From: a virus
DNA: 64,000 nucleotides
Reading direction: 5' to 3' (one strand)
IMG/VR virus record: IMGVR_UViG_3300009085_000028
Coordinates: 6,394-70,393 of that record
A program made the translations under genes and the position numbers. The notes beneath the pieces are model-generated. The model saw only the letters and a program-made list of their open reading frames with translations. It did not search any database and had not been told where the DNA came from. This document shows positions 27,517 through 37,224 of the stretch, piece after piece. Numbering within the stretch: the stretch's first letter is position 1; each line of letters begins with the position of its first letter.

Positions 27517-28817
27517 TTCTTACTTACCTTCAATGTATCTAATCCAAAATTATACCAAAGAGATCCTGTTGGACCATTACGGTGTTTCCTAATGATATGT
27601 TCCATCTCACCTTTGTTTAGAGACTTCTGATTATAATAGTCATCTCTGTACAAGAACATAACCAGGTCAGCATCTTCTTCAATATTACCAGACTGTCTCA
27701 AATCAGATAATACAGGTCGTTTATCTTCTCTTAGTTCTACCGCACGATTTAGCTGTGAGAAAAGAATGGTTGTGATACCCAACTCATTCGCCAAAATCTT
27801 TCCCATGCGAGTAAAGCGACCAATCTCCGCAGTTTGGTTAGCGTCTCTTTCTGAAGCTAATTGGATGTAATCAAAGAAAACAATTCTTGTCCCTTTAGTC
27901 TTATTGTACTTACGTACCATAGATGCAAAGTATTGATCATCGGTATCAAAGTTAGTATCAATGTATAATGGCAAGTCTTTTAGTTTCTTGATTGTCTCAG
28001 CCACTTTCTGTAGCTGATCATTAGAGATTGTACCTAGTCTAATATCTGCTAGTGGTACGCCCGACTCCATTGAAACCATACGTTCTGTTAAGCCTATCTT
28101 ATTCATTTCTAGAGAGAAGATTTGTACAGATTGTCCCTTACCCTCTTGCTGTAAACTCTTAGCAACCTCAACGGCGGAGTTACACATTACAGCGGTCTTA
28201 CCCATACCAGGACGACCAGCAATGATCCATTCATCACCAGCAACGTAGCCTCCCGTAATGAGATCGGTAGCATCAAAGCCAGTAGGAATACCACGAATAC
28301 CGGGGTTTCTTACTCTGTTTACTAGGTCTGTCCACATACCTTCTAGGGCAGTACCTAGATTGACTACTTGCTCACCACCCTCTGTTTGGTCTAAGCTATC
28401 TAGATTGTGCTTTAGATCACTGATAACTTTATCAACATCCCCTCCCTCAAATACTTTGGAATTGATTGTTGATCCAATCTTGACTAGTGACCTAGCCCTG
28501 TAACCATTTCTTAGTTGCTTTTCATATTCCTTTTGGTTACTCTTATCAAACTGTAGGTTCTTGATGTGTAAAATATAATCAGCGCCACCAGCATCTCGTA
28601 GCTTACCCTTACTATCTAGATAAGAGCAAACCATTGAATACTCTGGTATCGCGTGTTCAGCCACAATCTCAGTAATTGTTTGTGCAATTAGTTGGTGAGA
28701 TCCGGTGCTGAACATAAAAGGTTTGATTGTAGAGTTGAACGCAGTATCAGGATTATTTAGAATAATACTTAGAACTGCTAACTCTGAGTCGTTCATAAAC
28801 AAATCATTTGTCATCAA
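27513..28817 (-). CDS. dnaB: Replicative DNA helicase
   Basis: Motifs GRPGMGKT, FSLEM, DYIQL, SQLNR, SDLRQSGNIEEDAD and KHRNGPTG. Confidence 0.95.
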   Translation of the reverse strand: MMTNDLFMNDSELAVLSIILNNPDTAFNSTIKPFMFSTGSHQLIAQTITEIVAEHAIPEYSMVCSYLDSKGKLRDAGGADYILHIKNLQFDKSNQKEYEKQLRNGYRARSLVKIGSTINSKVFEGGDVDKVISDLKHNLDSLDQTEGGEQVVNLGTALEGMWTDLVNRVRNPGIRGIPTGFDATDLITGGYVAGDEWIIAGRPGMGKTAVMCNSAVEVAKSLQQEGKGQSVQIFSLEMNKIGLTERMVSMESGVPLADIRLGTISNDQLQKVAETIKKLKDLPLYIDTNFDTDDQYFASMVRKYNKTKGTRIVFFDYIQLASERDANQTAEIGRFTRMGKILANELGITTILFSQLNRAVELREDKRPVLSDLRQSGNIEEDADLVMFLYRDDYYNQKSLNKGEMEHIIRKHRNGPTGSLWYNFGLDTLKVSKK

Positions 28818-29172
28818 ATGGACTCCCTATATTGATTGGTAATTTCACGCCGTTTATTTTATCAAGCCTTTGCTTTACTAAATCGACCAAAGAATTTGGA
28901 GGAACTACCTCGCGCTTTTCTAGCTGTTTCTTACAAACATAGGTAAGTAACCCGACAATGTTTGTATGATTTAGATCGCTATTAGAAGAAATTTCTACTA
29001 TAGAACTGAATACAGTTTTCCTACCATACAGTTTAACTAAACGATTGAACATTTTTATATGCGTTACAGAAAATGGTAACTCAAAAATTTCGCAATAGAA
29101 TTTAGTAAGAAGTAGTCCAGGATTTGTATCTTCCTCCAATAATGACAAGTAGTGTCCAATTACATTTTCCAT
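28804..29172 (-). CDS. Hypothetical protein (helicase loader candidate)
   Basis: Coupled to dnaB; GGAGG RBS. Confidence 0.6.
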   Translation of the reverse strand: MENVIGHYLSLLEEDTNPGLLLTKFYCEIFELPFSVTHIKMFNRLVKLYGRKTVFSSIVEISSNSDLNHTNIVGLLTYVCKKQLEKREVVPPNSLVDLVKQRLDKINGVKLPINIGSPFDDK

Positions 29173-29191
29173 GATCCTCCTTTATAACAAA

Positions 29192-29302
29192 GTTGGTGAG
29201 AAGGACTCGAACCTTCTCTAAGAACGGGATTATATCCAGATGACTACGGGATATTTATGTTAGGCCAGAACAACCGTTCGGTTTTTCCGTAGTCTCACCA
29301 AC
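29192..29302 (-). ncRNA. tRNA-like structured RNA (acceptor and T arm plus a novel domain)
   Basis: Terminal stem GTTGGTGA/TCACCAAC, T arm GAAGG-TTCGAGT-CCTTC, stem GACTACGG/CCGTAGTC, possible pseudoknot GAACGG/CCGTTC. Confidence 0.65.
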
Positions 29303-29308
29303 CAGAAA

Positions 29309-30088
29309 CTAATTGTCGAACAAGTCTGCCATCTGGTTAGATAGCTCACTCGAAGGGGTGGAAGTTGTCTTCGTCATTTCCCTACGAGCCGCAAAAATAT
29401 CAGACAGATTTACACCGCGAAGTAGATCCTGAATTTCGTTTACCTTTAGAACGATGATAGCCTTTTCTAGATCGAATAGCTGATCTTCTGGAACAGTAAC
29501 AACATCATTCTTTTCTGGAAGTGGGCTAGCTACGGGAGCAGTTTTGCCACCCATTGCTAAAACGTTTAGATCGAAGTTCTGAATACCAATTGGTGTCTGC
29601 GTTTCCTCATCAAGAACTGTGGCATTATGAAAATCTAGCTGTTCAAAAAACTGCTTGCCTTTTGATAGAACCTTTACTTTGTTTAGTGGTGCGGCTTTTA
29701 CTTCTGCTAAAGAAGCATTGCACTTTGGGCATGAGCCTGGGAACAGTCCGTTTACTTTCTTTACTTCTGCCTGACACTTTGCACATACCTTGGTAGGAGT
29801 ACGGTCAAGCACGTTTAGATATGCAACCTGCCGCCTAGTAACAAAACCAGGGATTGTTGAGATATTCTTTTCGCTAGGATTTTCTGCACGTAGTCTAGTA
29901 TTGTTATTACAGATTGGGCATTCATCCCCTAGACATTTAATTGTAGCGCCACGAATGTAATGAGTATCATGTACTACAGCTTTTTCAGTAAGAATACGAA
30001 GGATATGTGATCCCGGAGAGAGATCAATAAACTCTGTTCTGCGAAAATTAGATTGTTTATTTGGAGTACGAAAGTCTGCCAACGACAT
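29309..30088 (-). CDS. Single-stranded DNA-binding protein (gp32-like)
   Basis: LRIL, HY, CLGDECPIC, NVLDR, acidic C-terminus MADLFDN; replication context. Confidence 0.65.
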   Translation of the reverse strand: MSLADFRTPNKQSNFRRTEFIDLSPGSHILRILTEKAVVHDTHYIRGATIKCLGDECPICNNNTRLRAENPSEKNISTIPGFVTRRQVAYLNVLDRTPTKVCAKCQAEVKKVNGLFPGSCPKCNASLAEVKAAPLNKVKVLSKGKQFFEQLDFHNATVLDEETQTPIGIQNFDLNVLAMGGKTAPVASPLPEKNDVVTVPEDQLFDLEKAIIVLKVNEIQDLLRGVNLSDIFAARREMTKTTSTPSSELSNQMADLFDN

Positions 30089-30090
30089 AG

Positions 30091-30381
30091 TTATTCTCCT
30101 TTAGAATTTGATAATAGGGTTTTTAGTTCGTCCATTACATTAGCGCGTTCTTCAATGAGCAACAATAATTTTTCTGTTCCGGCCTGTTGCTCTTTTCGTG
30201 CAAGTTCTGCATAGCGCTCATAAACAATATCGACACTTACTAGTTGTAGGTAACGAATAAGATCAACCGCGTGTGTATCCATTGCGACTTCTTCAGGAAG
30301 ATCATTGATATAATCCGTTACCTTTAGATTTTTATAGTCGCCCAAGCTATACAAACGCTCAACACCAAGATTTCTATTCAT
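30091..30381 (-). CDS. Hypothetical protein
   Basis: Operon-packed ORF with RBS. Confidence 0.6.
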   Translation of the reverse strand: MNRNLGVERLYSLGDYKNLKVTDYINDLPEEVAMDTHAVDLIRYLQLVSVDIVYERYAELARKEQQAGTEKLLLLIEERANVMDELKTLLSNSKGE

Positions 30382-31390
30382 CCAGTTCTCCTTCCGTTTC
30401 AGATTGATTATTGTATTTACCTACGATATTATAGCACATTTCTTTTATTTTGTCAAGTACCTCTTGATTACTTTCAAGAAAATCCATTGTGGCTACAACA
30501 CCTTTACCTAGCATTGTTTCTCCAAAACGATAATATGGACCAGCCTTTTGCAATACACCTAGAAACTCTGCATAACTAATTAGATCCCGCATACTATCAA
30601 TTCCTTTACCAAAGATAATAGGAATTAGATACGATCTAAAAGGTGGAGCCATTTTATTCTTTTTGATTGTAAACTTAGTCATAATACCAATTGTAGATTC
30701 TCCGGCTTTTATTTCTTGAGCCTTGGAAATTGGAATTAGTAAACTAGAATAATGCAATAAAGCGTGACCTCCCGGCATTGTGTAGGTTTTTACATAACTA
30801 CCAATACTATCCCTAACCTGATTGATAAATAAAATAGCAATGTTTTTCTCACGAACCTTATAGGCATTTCTACGGAAGAACTTAGAAAGATCTCTAGGAA
30901 TGATTGCCATTGTTGACTCATCAAACTTCTTTTCCATTTCTTCAGGCGTAGCTAGGGCGGCAATTGAATCTAGCACAACCAAACTAAAGTCGCCAGAATT
31001 TATAGCCGCCTCTAAAATATTGAAAGCATCATCAGAAGTTTCTGGTTTAGATATTGTGAATAAACCACCATCACTAAATGATTCTCCTAGTAGCTGTTCA
31101 ATATAGTCCATGAACATTTGGTTCTCAACATCAATGTATAAAACGCGCTCACCTTTTCGCATTGCTTCTCTACAGATTGATAGAGCGATTGTACTTTTAC
31201 CACTTCCCTCTGGCCCGTAGATAGTGGTAAATCTTCCCTTTGGAATACCACCAATACCAATGCTAGTATCTAGAGAAAGTGCCCCGGTTGGAATTGGTTC
31301 CACCTTATCCTCTCCGGTAATAAACACCTTGTTGTAATCATCACCATAAAGATCCTGCATCTTATCTGTAAACGTTTTTGCTTTAGCCAC
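30374..31390 (-). CDS. recA: RecA/UvsX recombinase
   Basis: Motifs TGALSLD..GIGGIPKGR, YGPEGSGKST, DSIAAL, FINQVR, PGGHAL and KNKMAPPFR. Confidence 0.95.
   Translation of the reverse strand: MAKAKTFTDKMQDLYGDDYNKVFITGEDKVEPIPTGALSLDTSIGIGGIPKGRFTTIYGPEGSGKSTIALSICREAMRKGERVLYIDVENQMFMDYIEQLLGESFSDGGLFTISKPETSDDAFNILEAAINSGDFSLVVLDSIAALATPEEMEKKFDESTMAIIPRDLSKFFRRNAYKVREKNIAILFINQVRDSIGSYVKTYTMPGGHALLHYSSLLIPISKAQEIKAGESTIGIMTKFTIKKNKMAPPFRSYLIPIIFGKGIDSMRDLISYAEFLGVLQKAGPYYRFGETMLGKGVVATMDFLESNQEVLDKIKEMCYNIVGKYNNQSETEGELDE
30428..30456 (-). promoter_or_regulatory. Sigma70-type promoter inside the recA 3' end
   Basis: TTGACA-17 nt-TATAAT with extended TG, upstream of the SSB gene. Confidence 0.75.
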
Positions 31391-31565
31391 TTGCTGTCTC
31401 CATGTAGTCTAAACTATATTCATAAAATTTAATTGTGGCGGTGACAATACAAGTATCCTCATTGTTCCTCGGATCTGTTGAGATAATTTGAATTTCACCA
31501 TTAGGTAGATACCTAAACGGTACTGGCTTTCTTGTGTACTTATTAATAACAGTAACAAATTTCAT
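31383..31565 (-). CDS. Hypothetical protein
   Basis: AAGGA RBS; operon packing. Confidence 0.5.
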   Translation of the reverse strand: MKFVTVINKYTRKPVPFRYLPNGEIQIISTDPRNNEDTCIVTATIKFYEYSLDYMETASG

Positions 31566-31578
31566 CTTCTGTTCCTTT

Positions 31579-33480
31579 CTAGTGTACCCAACACTTATCT
31601 AGTTTTCCATCAACTGCCGCAGGTACTACGTCTTGTAGGTACTGTCTCTCTGTCTCGATCATAATATTTTCTACAAATTCTTTAGCTTGCTCAGCTATAT
31701 CATCAGAAACCTCTACAACAATTTCATCATAGACCTGGATTAGAATTTTTAGTTTATCCCCAAAAGGATTTTCATAATAAATTCTACATAAAGATTTCTT
31801 GATAATGTCTGCCCCTGTTCCCTGAATAATGTGATTGAAGCCTTCACGAACTACAGCGGCATCATGCTTCTGGCGTTCTCTACTTCCACCAGGAAAGAAT
31901 TTCTGTTCTTCAAAGAAACGTTTGCGACCCGTCATTGTTGTAGAATAGCCATGCTTTTTAATTAGCTTGCCAACAAGTTCCTGTGCCTGTCTAATCTCTG
32001 GATAGGCATCTGTATAAAAGGCATCAAGTAACTTGCGACCTTCTTCAATTGGAATACCAAAGTTTTTATAAAGACCCCATTCAGTAGAACCATAGCCTAC
32101 TGCAAAGTTTAGTGACTTTGCTTTTTGACGTTGATCTTTATCTACTTGCTCAATCGGTATACCATAAACATTAGCCGCTGAAGCCGCGTGTAGATCTAGA
32201 TTTTGTACGTAAGCATCAATCATTTTCTTTACACCCGCAAACTTAGCAAGTAGTCTTAGTTCCTCTTGACTAAAGTCTACAGCAAGGATCTTATGTTCAG
32301 GACGAGCAATAAACGCATTACGATAAACGGAGTCCCTAGGAATGTTCTGTAGGTTAGGGGCACTACTAGCAATTCTACCTGACTGTGCGCCTAGCTGACG
32401 GAACTCAGTATGAATTCTACCAGTAACAGGATGAATTGCCTCAATGAAATTATCTCCGAAAGAAGATACTTTCTTTGCCTGTTCTCTATAGTCTAACAAA
32501 CGTTTGATAATTGGATGTTGTGTGAGATACTTATTAATAATCTTTTCGTTTGTTGACTCGATTGGGATACCATAAACATCCCGTAACATAATCAACATCT
32601 GATCAGAAGAATTAATATTAAATGTTTTGATTAGAAAGTCACTAATATAACTAGCATCAGTAATTTGTTCTAGTGGGGCACGATCACGTTTTGTTTTGAT
32701 ACCAAGCTTTAGAAAATCAACCATTTCTAAAGCATTTGAAAACCTATCACTATACTTACTAATAAAGGTTTCAACAAATTCTGTGATCAATTCCTGCCTA
32801 AGTCTATCTGCTACAATAGCGGCGTCACCACCTAACTCTCTCCACTTTTCCTGATCAATTGCAACTCCCTCTAACTCCATACTACAAATTACAGGAAGTG
32901 TTAGCATTTCTAACTGTAAGATAGCTAGTTGTTTTTGGTTTGCTAATTTTGCTAGCTGGTAATCTTTGATTGTTTTTAGAAAGGTTACGTCAGTTGCGGC
33001 ATATAATAGATGTTCTTCTGTAATCTCTATATTCGGATTAGAAAAGAAATCCTTTCTGATTTCTTTATTTAGTTTGGTGCCACAATAATCTTCTACTAAA
33101 TCAGCAAGTGAATAAAAGCGATCTTTACCTTTTACTATACCATTAGTAATCAAGATCTCAGCAAGCATTGTATCATACACTTCTGTTAGTAGTTCACCAT
33201 AGTTTGTGTAAAGCATCTTCATATCAAACTTGATGTTGAACCCTACAGCAGTTAGCTTACAGTCCTTTAGCAACTGAACTACATACTTAGTCTGTCGTTC
33301 ACCTAGCTTCCTAGTATCAAAAATATAAACTGTATCACCAAGCTTTACTTGAAGTAAAATAATTTTATCAACAAAGAAGTCTAATCCAGTTGTTTCTGTA
33401 TCTAAATAGTATTCACTATTAGATTGTAAGTCTGGTATAAAATTTCCAAACTCCTCTAGCTTGGTAATGTAGTGATACAT
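31579..33480 (-). CDS. polA: Family A DNA polymerase with 3'-5' exonuclease
   Basis: Motifs DTETTG, FNIKFD, SGRIAS..PNLQNIP, motif A DFSQEELR, motif B RQKAKSLNFAVGYG and motif C VYDE. Confidence 0.95.
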   Translation of the reverse strand: MYHYITKLEEFGNFIPDLQSNSEYYLDTETTGLDFFVDKIILLQVKLGDTVYIFDTRKLGERQTKYVVQLLKDCKLTAVGFNIKFDMKMLYTNYGELLTEVYDTMLAEILITNGIVKGKDRFYSLADLVEDYCGTKLNKEIRKDFFSNPNIEITEEHLLYAATDVTFLKTIKDYQLAKLANQKQLAILQLEMLTLPVICSMELEGVAIDQEKWRELGGDAAIVADRLRQELITEFVETFISKYSDRFSNALEMVDFLKLGIKTKRDRAPLEQITDASYISDFLIKTFNINSSDQMLIMLRDVYGIPIESTNEKIINKYLTQHPIIKRLLDYREQAKKVSSFGDNFIEAIHPVTGRIHTEFRQLGAQSGRIASSAPNLQNIPRDSVYRNAFIARPEHKILAVDFSQEELRLLAKFAGVKKMIDAYVQNLDLHAASAANVYGIPIEQVDKDQRQKAKSLNFAVGYGSTEWGLYKNFGIPIEEGRKLLDAFYTDAYPEIRQAQELVGKLIKKHGYSTTMTGRKRFFEEQKFFPGGSRERQKHDAAVVREGFNHIIQGTGADIIKKSLCRIYYENPFGDKLKILIQVYDEIVVEVSDDIAEQAKEFVENIMIETERQYLQDVVPAAVDGKLDKCWVH

Positions 33481-33483
33481 AAA

Positions 33484-33738
33484 TTATTCCTTTGGCTCTC
33501 GATGAAGCATAATACAAAACTTTGCATACATACTTTCCAGGTTTAGTGTGCTGTCCTCATACGCATCACAAAACTCTTGCATCACTGTTTCTGCTAGATC
33601 AACACTATCAGAAAGTGACGCGATTGTTAGCACAATATTATCTAGGAAATTAGAATATAACATCTTAGACATTGTGAATTGATTTACAATACTGTTGATT
33701 GCTTCCTTACGATCTACTGGTACTGGTTGGTTATCCAT
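33484..33738 (-). CDS. Hypothetical protein
   Basis: GGAG RBS. Confidence 0.6.
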   Translation of the reverse strand: MDNQPVPVDRKEAINSIVNQFTMSKMLYSNFLDNIVLTIASLSDSVDLAETVMQEFCDAYEDSTLNLESMYAKFCIMLHREPKE

Positions 33739-33749
33739 TTACATCTCCC

Positions 33750-34142
33750 TTAGTGTCCTAATATCGGAACAATTACTTTTCTTGATACCCAGGTTAATTT
33801 TACATTACCTAGTACTCTCATCAAGTCTACTGCCATAAGTCTGCGTTCTTTTAGATTTTCTGCCTCTAACCTCCATCCACCATTTACTTGGTTTACCATC
33901 AGTTTTGAATCAGAATGGATTTCAATGTGGTAGGTATTATACTGCTTTTCTAATAAGAATTCAAGTAGGCAAATTAAGATCTCATACTCTGCCTCATTTG
34001 AGGTAGAGCAGTTATCAAACTCTATTCGTTGTCTATGAAGTTCTGTCATGCCATCATCAGATGGAGTACGCACCACAAAGCTTCCATAAGCATTTGACCT
34101 TGTTTTATTATTACACCCTCCATCACAATAACAGACTAACAT
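33750..34142 (-). CDS. rnhA: Ribonuclease HI family protein
   Basis: Motifs YCDGG, TSNEAEY, SDSKLMVNQVNG.W and WVSR. Confidence 0.85.
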   Translation of the reverse strand: MLVCYCDGGCNNKTRSNAYGSFVVRTPSDDGMTELHRQRIEFDNCSTSNEAEYEILICLLEFLLEKQYNTYHIEIHSDSKLMVNQVNGGWRLEAENLKERRLMAVDLMRVLGNVKLTWVSRKVIVPILGH

Positions 34143-34145
34143 AAG

Positions 34146-34676
34146 TTACTCCTGATAGGTTGGTGGATTAATCAAATCATGTAAATCTTCCATGTATGTA
34201 TCATCCACCCAAATAAAACCAAAAGTAGGCAAGCTTGTGTAAGCGGTAGTAAGAGCAGATACAAGTCTTCCAATTTCTAGATCTTTTGAAGTAACTACTT
34301 TCCAACCAACTGTCTTTAGATAATCTACCAAACAAATAGCTTCTACACAATTTGCTAAATAAGCTGTCTGTCTACCAATCATTGAATAAACATTTCGATA
34401 GGAAACTGTAGCCATATCAATTGCATATAAAGCCACGCCACGAGAACCTAAAGTACGAATAAGCAAAAGATCATCTGAATTATCATTACTCTGCAAAATC
34501 CAAGACTGTTGAAAACGGTTTCTAATTACATCCTGAACAATCCCAATAGTTGTGTATTCACTCAACTCTATAACCTGTCCAACTGGTACAGCCAAACGAT
34601 CTGCGCTCATACCAGCACAACTGGTTAGTAGAACAATAACTAAAAAGATCCAAGGTAATTTAATAAGCTTTTCCAT
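34146..34676 (-). CDS. Putative lipoprotein
   Basis: Signal peptide ending in lipobox LTSC. Confidence 0.6.
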   Translation of the reverse strand: MEKLIKLPWIFLVIVLLTSCAGMSADRLAVPVGQVIELSEYTTIGIVQDVIRNRFQQSWILQSNDNSDDLLLIRTLGSRGVALYAIDMATVSYRNVYSMIGRQTAYLANCVEAICLVDYLKTVGWKVVTSKDLEIGRLVSALTTAYTSLPTFGFIWVDDTYMEDLHDLINPPTYQE

Positions 34677-35022
34677 TACGTACTGCCTCCCTTATTTTGA
34701 TTAGTTCTTCTAGTGGCCTCTTTGTATCTGTTTCATAAACAATTCTTGCTGGCTCTCCATCAACCAAACCTTCTTCTGCATGAACAAGTCTTACAGGCTG
34801 AACTTGAATAGCTCTACTGAATTCATCAGACTGTTGACATTCTTTTATTTTTGTGATATAATTAATTTCTTTATCACTTAGTTCTTTATTGTTCATTAGT
34901 TTATAATAAATAACAATTAGATTATTCCTCACATCCTTTAGCTCAAACAAATCTTCTACAAGGTGAAGTCTACCATTATCATAAATAAGTAGACCGGCTA
35001 CTACATCCTTTAAGTTTTCCAT
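34660..35022 (-). CDS. Hypothetical protein
   Basis: AGGAG RBS. Confidence 0.6.
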   Translation of the reverse strand: MENLKDVVAGLLIYDNGRLHLVEDLFELKDVRNNLIVIYYKLMNNKELSDKEINYITKIKECQQSDEFSRAIQVQPVRLVHAEEGLVDGEPARIVYETDTKRPLEELIKIREAVRNGKAY

Positions 35023-35034
35023 TTCTTTTCTCCT

Positions 35035-35790
35035 TTACATAACCGTTTCAAAATTATGGTGCTTCTTACTTTTACCATCTGCTTCTTCTGAGTAGGGGCG
35101 AAATTCACCGTCATTGAAATCAGGATTGTGTTCTACCCAAGCATTCACATCTTTAGTTAGTTTATTTAGACCACTTACAATTGCATTGATATAATAACCG
35201 GCTAGTTTTTTATTCTCCTTTGTTTTAGTTAGGTTGATAAAAGTATTCCAGATTGATCGGAAAGCATCCTGTAGAACTACATCTGTTTCACCGTCCTTGA
35301 AGAAGTTGATACCGTCTTCTGTTTTATATTCACGTTCTGCCTTGACTGTATCTTCATACTCACCATCAATTACTTCTTCTTCACCATTCTCTAGGTAACG
35401 GTTGGTTGGTGCTTCATAACGAGTACCATCTGACATTACACGGGCAGGAAGTTGCTTAGGTTCTTTTTCTTCTTTGATAATTTCTAGTGCTTCTCTGATT
35501 GATGTAGCATTCTCTAGCAAATGTGGCGCGCGCGCCACATTTGAGGCAAGCCTCATATAGCGAACAGCCTGATACCTACTAAATTCACAATTACTCATAA
35601 CCCAAGGAATAAAATCACCATGTTCAAGACTGCTCTTTACTTCTTCCAAAATCTGACCAATCTCAATTGCGTACTGAACCATATTCTGTGCGGAGGAAAC
35701 AATCATGCTTTGTAGTTCGTTTACTCGCTCGGCTCGTTCTGTATTCAGAACTTCTAGATCAACAACTTCTGCTTTCACGATTTCGCTCAT
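35035..35790 (-). CDS. DUF3102-domain protein
   Basis: AIEIGQILEEVK..LEHGDFIPWV..CEFSRYQAVRYMRL; start MSEIVK after AGGAG. Confidence 0.75.
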   Translation of the reverse strand: MSEIVKAEVVDLEVLNTERAERVNELQSMIVSSAQNMVQYAIEIGQILEEVKSSLEHGDFIPWVMSNCEFSRYQAVRYMRLASNVARAPHLLENATSIREALEIIKEEKEPKQLPARVMSDGTRYEAPTNRYLENGEEEVIDGEYEDTVKAEREYKTEDGINFFKDGETDVVLQDAFRSIWNTFINLTKTKENKKLAGYYINAIVSGLNKLTKDVNAWVEHNPDFNDGEFRPYSEEADGKSKKHHNFETVM

Positions 35791-35826
35791 ACTCAGATCT
35801 CCTTTTGAATTTGTTTTCTTAGCTAT

Positions 35827-35854
35827 ATTATAGCGAGTCTTTTTCATTTGTCAA
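35827..35854 (-). promoter_or_regulatory. Sigma70-type promoter
   Basis: TTGACA-16 nt-TATAAT upstream of the DUF3102 gene. Confidence 0.65.
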
Positions 35855-36037
35855 TAGGCAATTTCGGAGGAATTCAAAGTTAATCCCATGATAAGTTGTC
35901 TTGCCACACACAGTACAAATGAGGTATGCTCCCCCCGTCATTGGGTAAAGAGATACAGTACCACAACCACATTGCTCACAAGTACTTGTTACGCCAGTAA
36001 GACTTTTTTCTACAACATCTCTATCGAGAACAGTCAT
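35828..36037 (-). CDS. Small zinc-ribbon protein
   Basis: CEQC and CTVC; AGGAG RBS. Confidence 0.55.
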   Translation of the reverse strand: MTVLDRDVVEKSLTGVTSTCEQCGCGTVSLYPMTGGAYLICTVCGKTTYHGINFEFLRNCLLTNEKDSL

Positions 36038-36102
36038 AACAAACTCCTTTATATAAAATATAATTTATACTCTTTATTTTTTCCTCATCAAGACCAATTA
36101 TT

Positions 36103-36131
36103 ATTATATCACGACTTTTAAAGTTTGTCAA
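36103..36131 (-). promoter_or_regulatory. Leftward sigma70 promoter
   Basis: TTGACA-17 nt-TATAAT with extended TG. Confidence 0.85.
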
Positions 36132-36138
36132 GGGGGTA

Positions 36139-36167
36139 TTGACAAACCCATTAGAATGTGGTATAAT
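36139..36167 (+). promoter_or_regulatory. Rightward sigma70 promoter
   Basis: TTGACA-17 nt-TATAAT with extended TG. Confidence 0.85.
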
Positions 36168-36179
36168 GTTGTATGACAT

Positions 36180-36208
36180 AGTATAGCACACTATGAACCA
36201 TTTGTCAA
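36180..36208 (-). promoter_or_regulatory. Second leftward sigma70 promoter, facing the rightward one
   Basis: TTGACA-17 nt-TATACT with extended TG. Confidence 0.7.
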
Positions 36209-36219
36209 GGAGGAATTTC

Positions 36220-36468
36220 ATGCCAATCAAAGCTAAGAACGGTGAGTATCAATGTATGTTCTGTAACTTCACTCACCCAAACGTATTCAATCTAGATCAG
36301 CACCAAAGGGAAGCTCATGAATACTACCTTGTTCCTCTACTTAAGGAGGAACTTGTTAGGTTGCTTCAGTATTTTAGAACTGGTGACCAAGAACTAATCA
36401 CCAAGAGAATGTATGACACAATTAAAAAGTATGCTACATATAGGATTAAGCCACCAGAAGAAGACTAA
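36220..36468 (+). CDS. C2H2 zinc-finger protein
   Basis: YQCMFC...HQREAH; AGGAGG RBS. Confidence 0.7.
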   Translation: MPIKAKNGEYQCMFCNFTHPNVFNLDQHQREAHEYYLVPLLKEELVRLLQYFRTGDQELITKRMYDTIKKYATYRIKPPEED

Positions 36469-36471
36469 TAA

Positions 36472-36514
36472 TGGGTCATATTCATGAAAATATGTTATAA
36501 TTAATATATAATGA
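36472..36514 (+). promoter_or_regulatory. Candidate phage late promoter, copy 1
   Basis: TGGGTCAT-16 nt-TATAATTAATATATAATGA, repeated at 50299-50343. Confidence 0.6.
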
Positions 36515-36541
36515 GAATTAATTGAAAGGAATAAGAAATTA

Positions 36542-37223
36542 TATGACAAGAGGACGCAATAAAAACTCATTTAGAAACATGAGACAATATAAAGATTTGT
36601 CTGATGATGAATTTGATAAGATATACAATGAGATGGTTTTTGGTGTAGAGAAGGATGAAGTTATCCAGGACAAGTTTGATAGAATTATGGGTGACTTTGA
36701 GAACGAATATGATCTTTCTGAGTTACTACCAAATGATAGAATTGTTCTAAAGAGTCTAGTTAGTGCAATGATTCAACTACAAGATTATGAAGTGTTTCTA
36801 AACACAGCCTCTAAAGAAGGTGTAAACAGTAACAACATTGTTACAGTAGAAAAGATTAGTAACATTTGCAAGAGTCTTAGAAATGATATTTCAAATATGC
36901 AGAATGACTTGGGCATTACTCGTAAGACTAGAAAGAATGATAAAGAACAAAATGTTCTGAGTTTTATTGAGGATCTAAAAAAGAAAGCTGCTCAATTCTC
37001 ACAACAGAAAATGCAGTATATCTTCTGTGAAAAATGTGGTGTACTACTTACTACTGTTTGGTGGAAGAATCCAGAGACAAGTAAGAACAAGATCGTTGTA
37101 CATTGTAATAGAAAATTAGAAGACGATGAGGTTTGTGGTTGGTCTAAATCATTTTCTTCTAAAGAGTTAGCAGAACTAAATGGATCTAATAGATTGGACT
37201 TGATGCCAGAAAGTATGAGATAA
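36542..37223 (+). CDS. Putative terminase small subunit
   Basis: Helical protein with DLGITRKTRK and C-terminal Cys residues; first gene of the late operon; the call is positional. Confidence 0.5.
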
Positions 37224-37224
37224 C

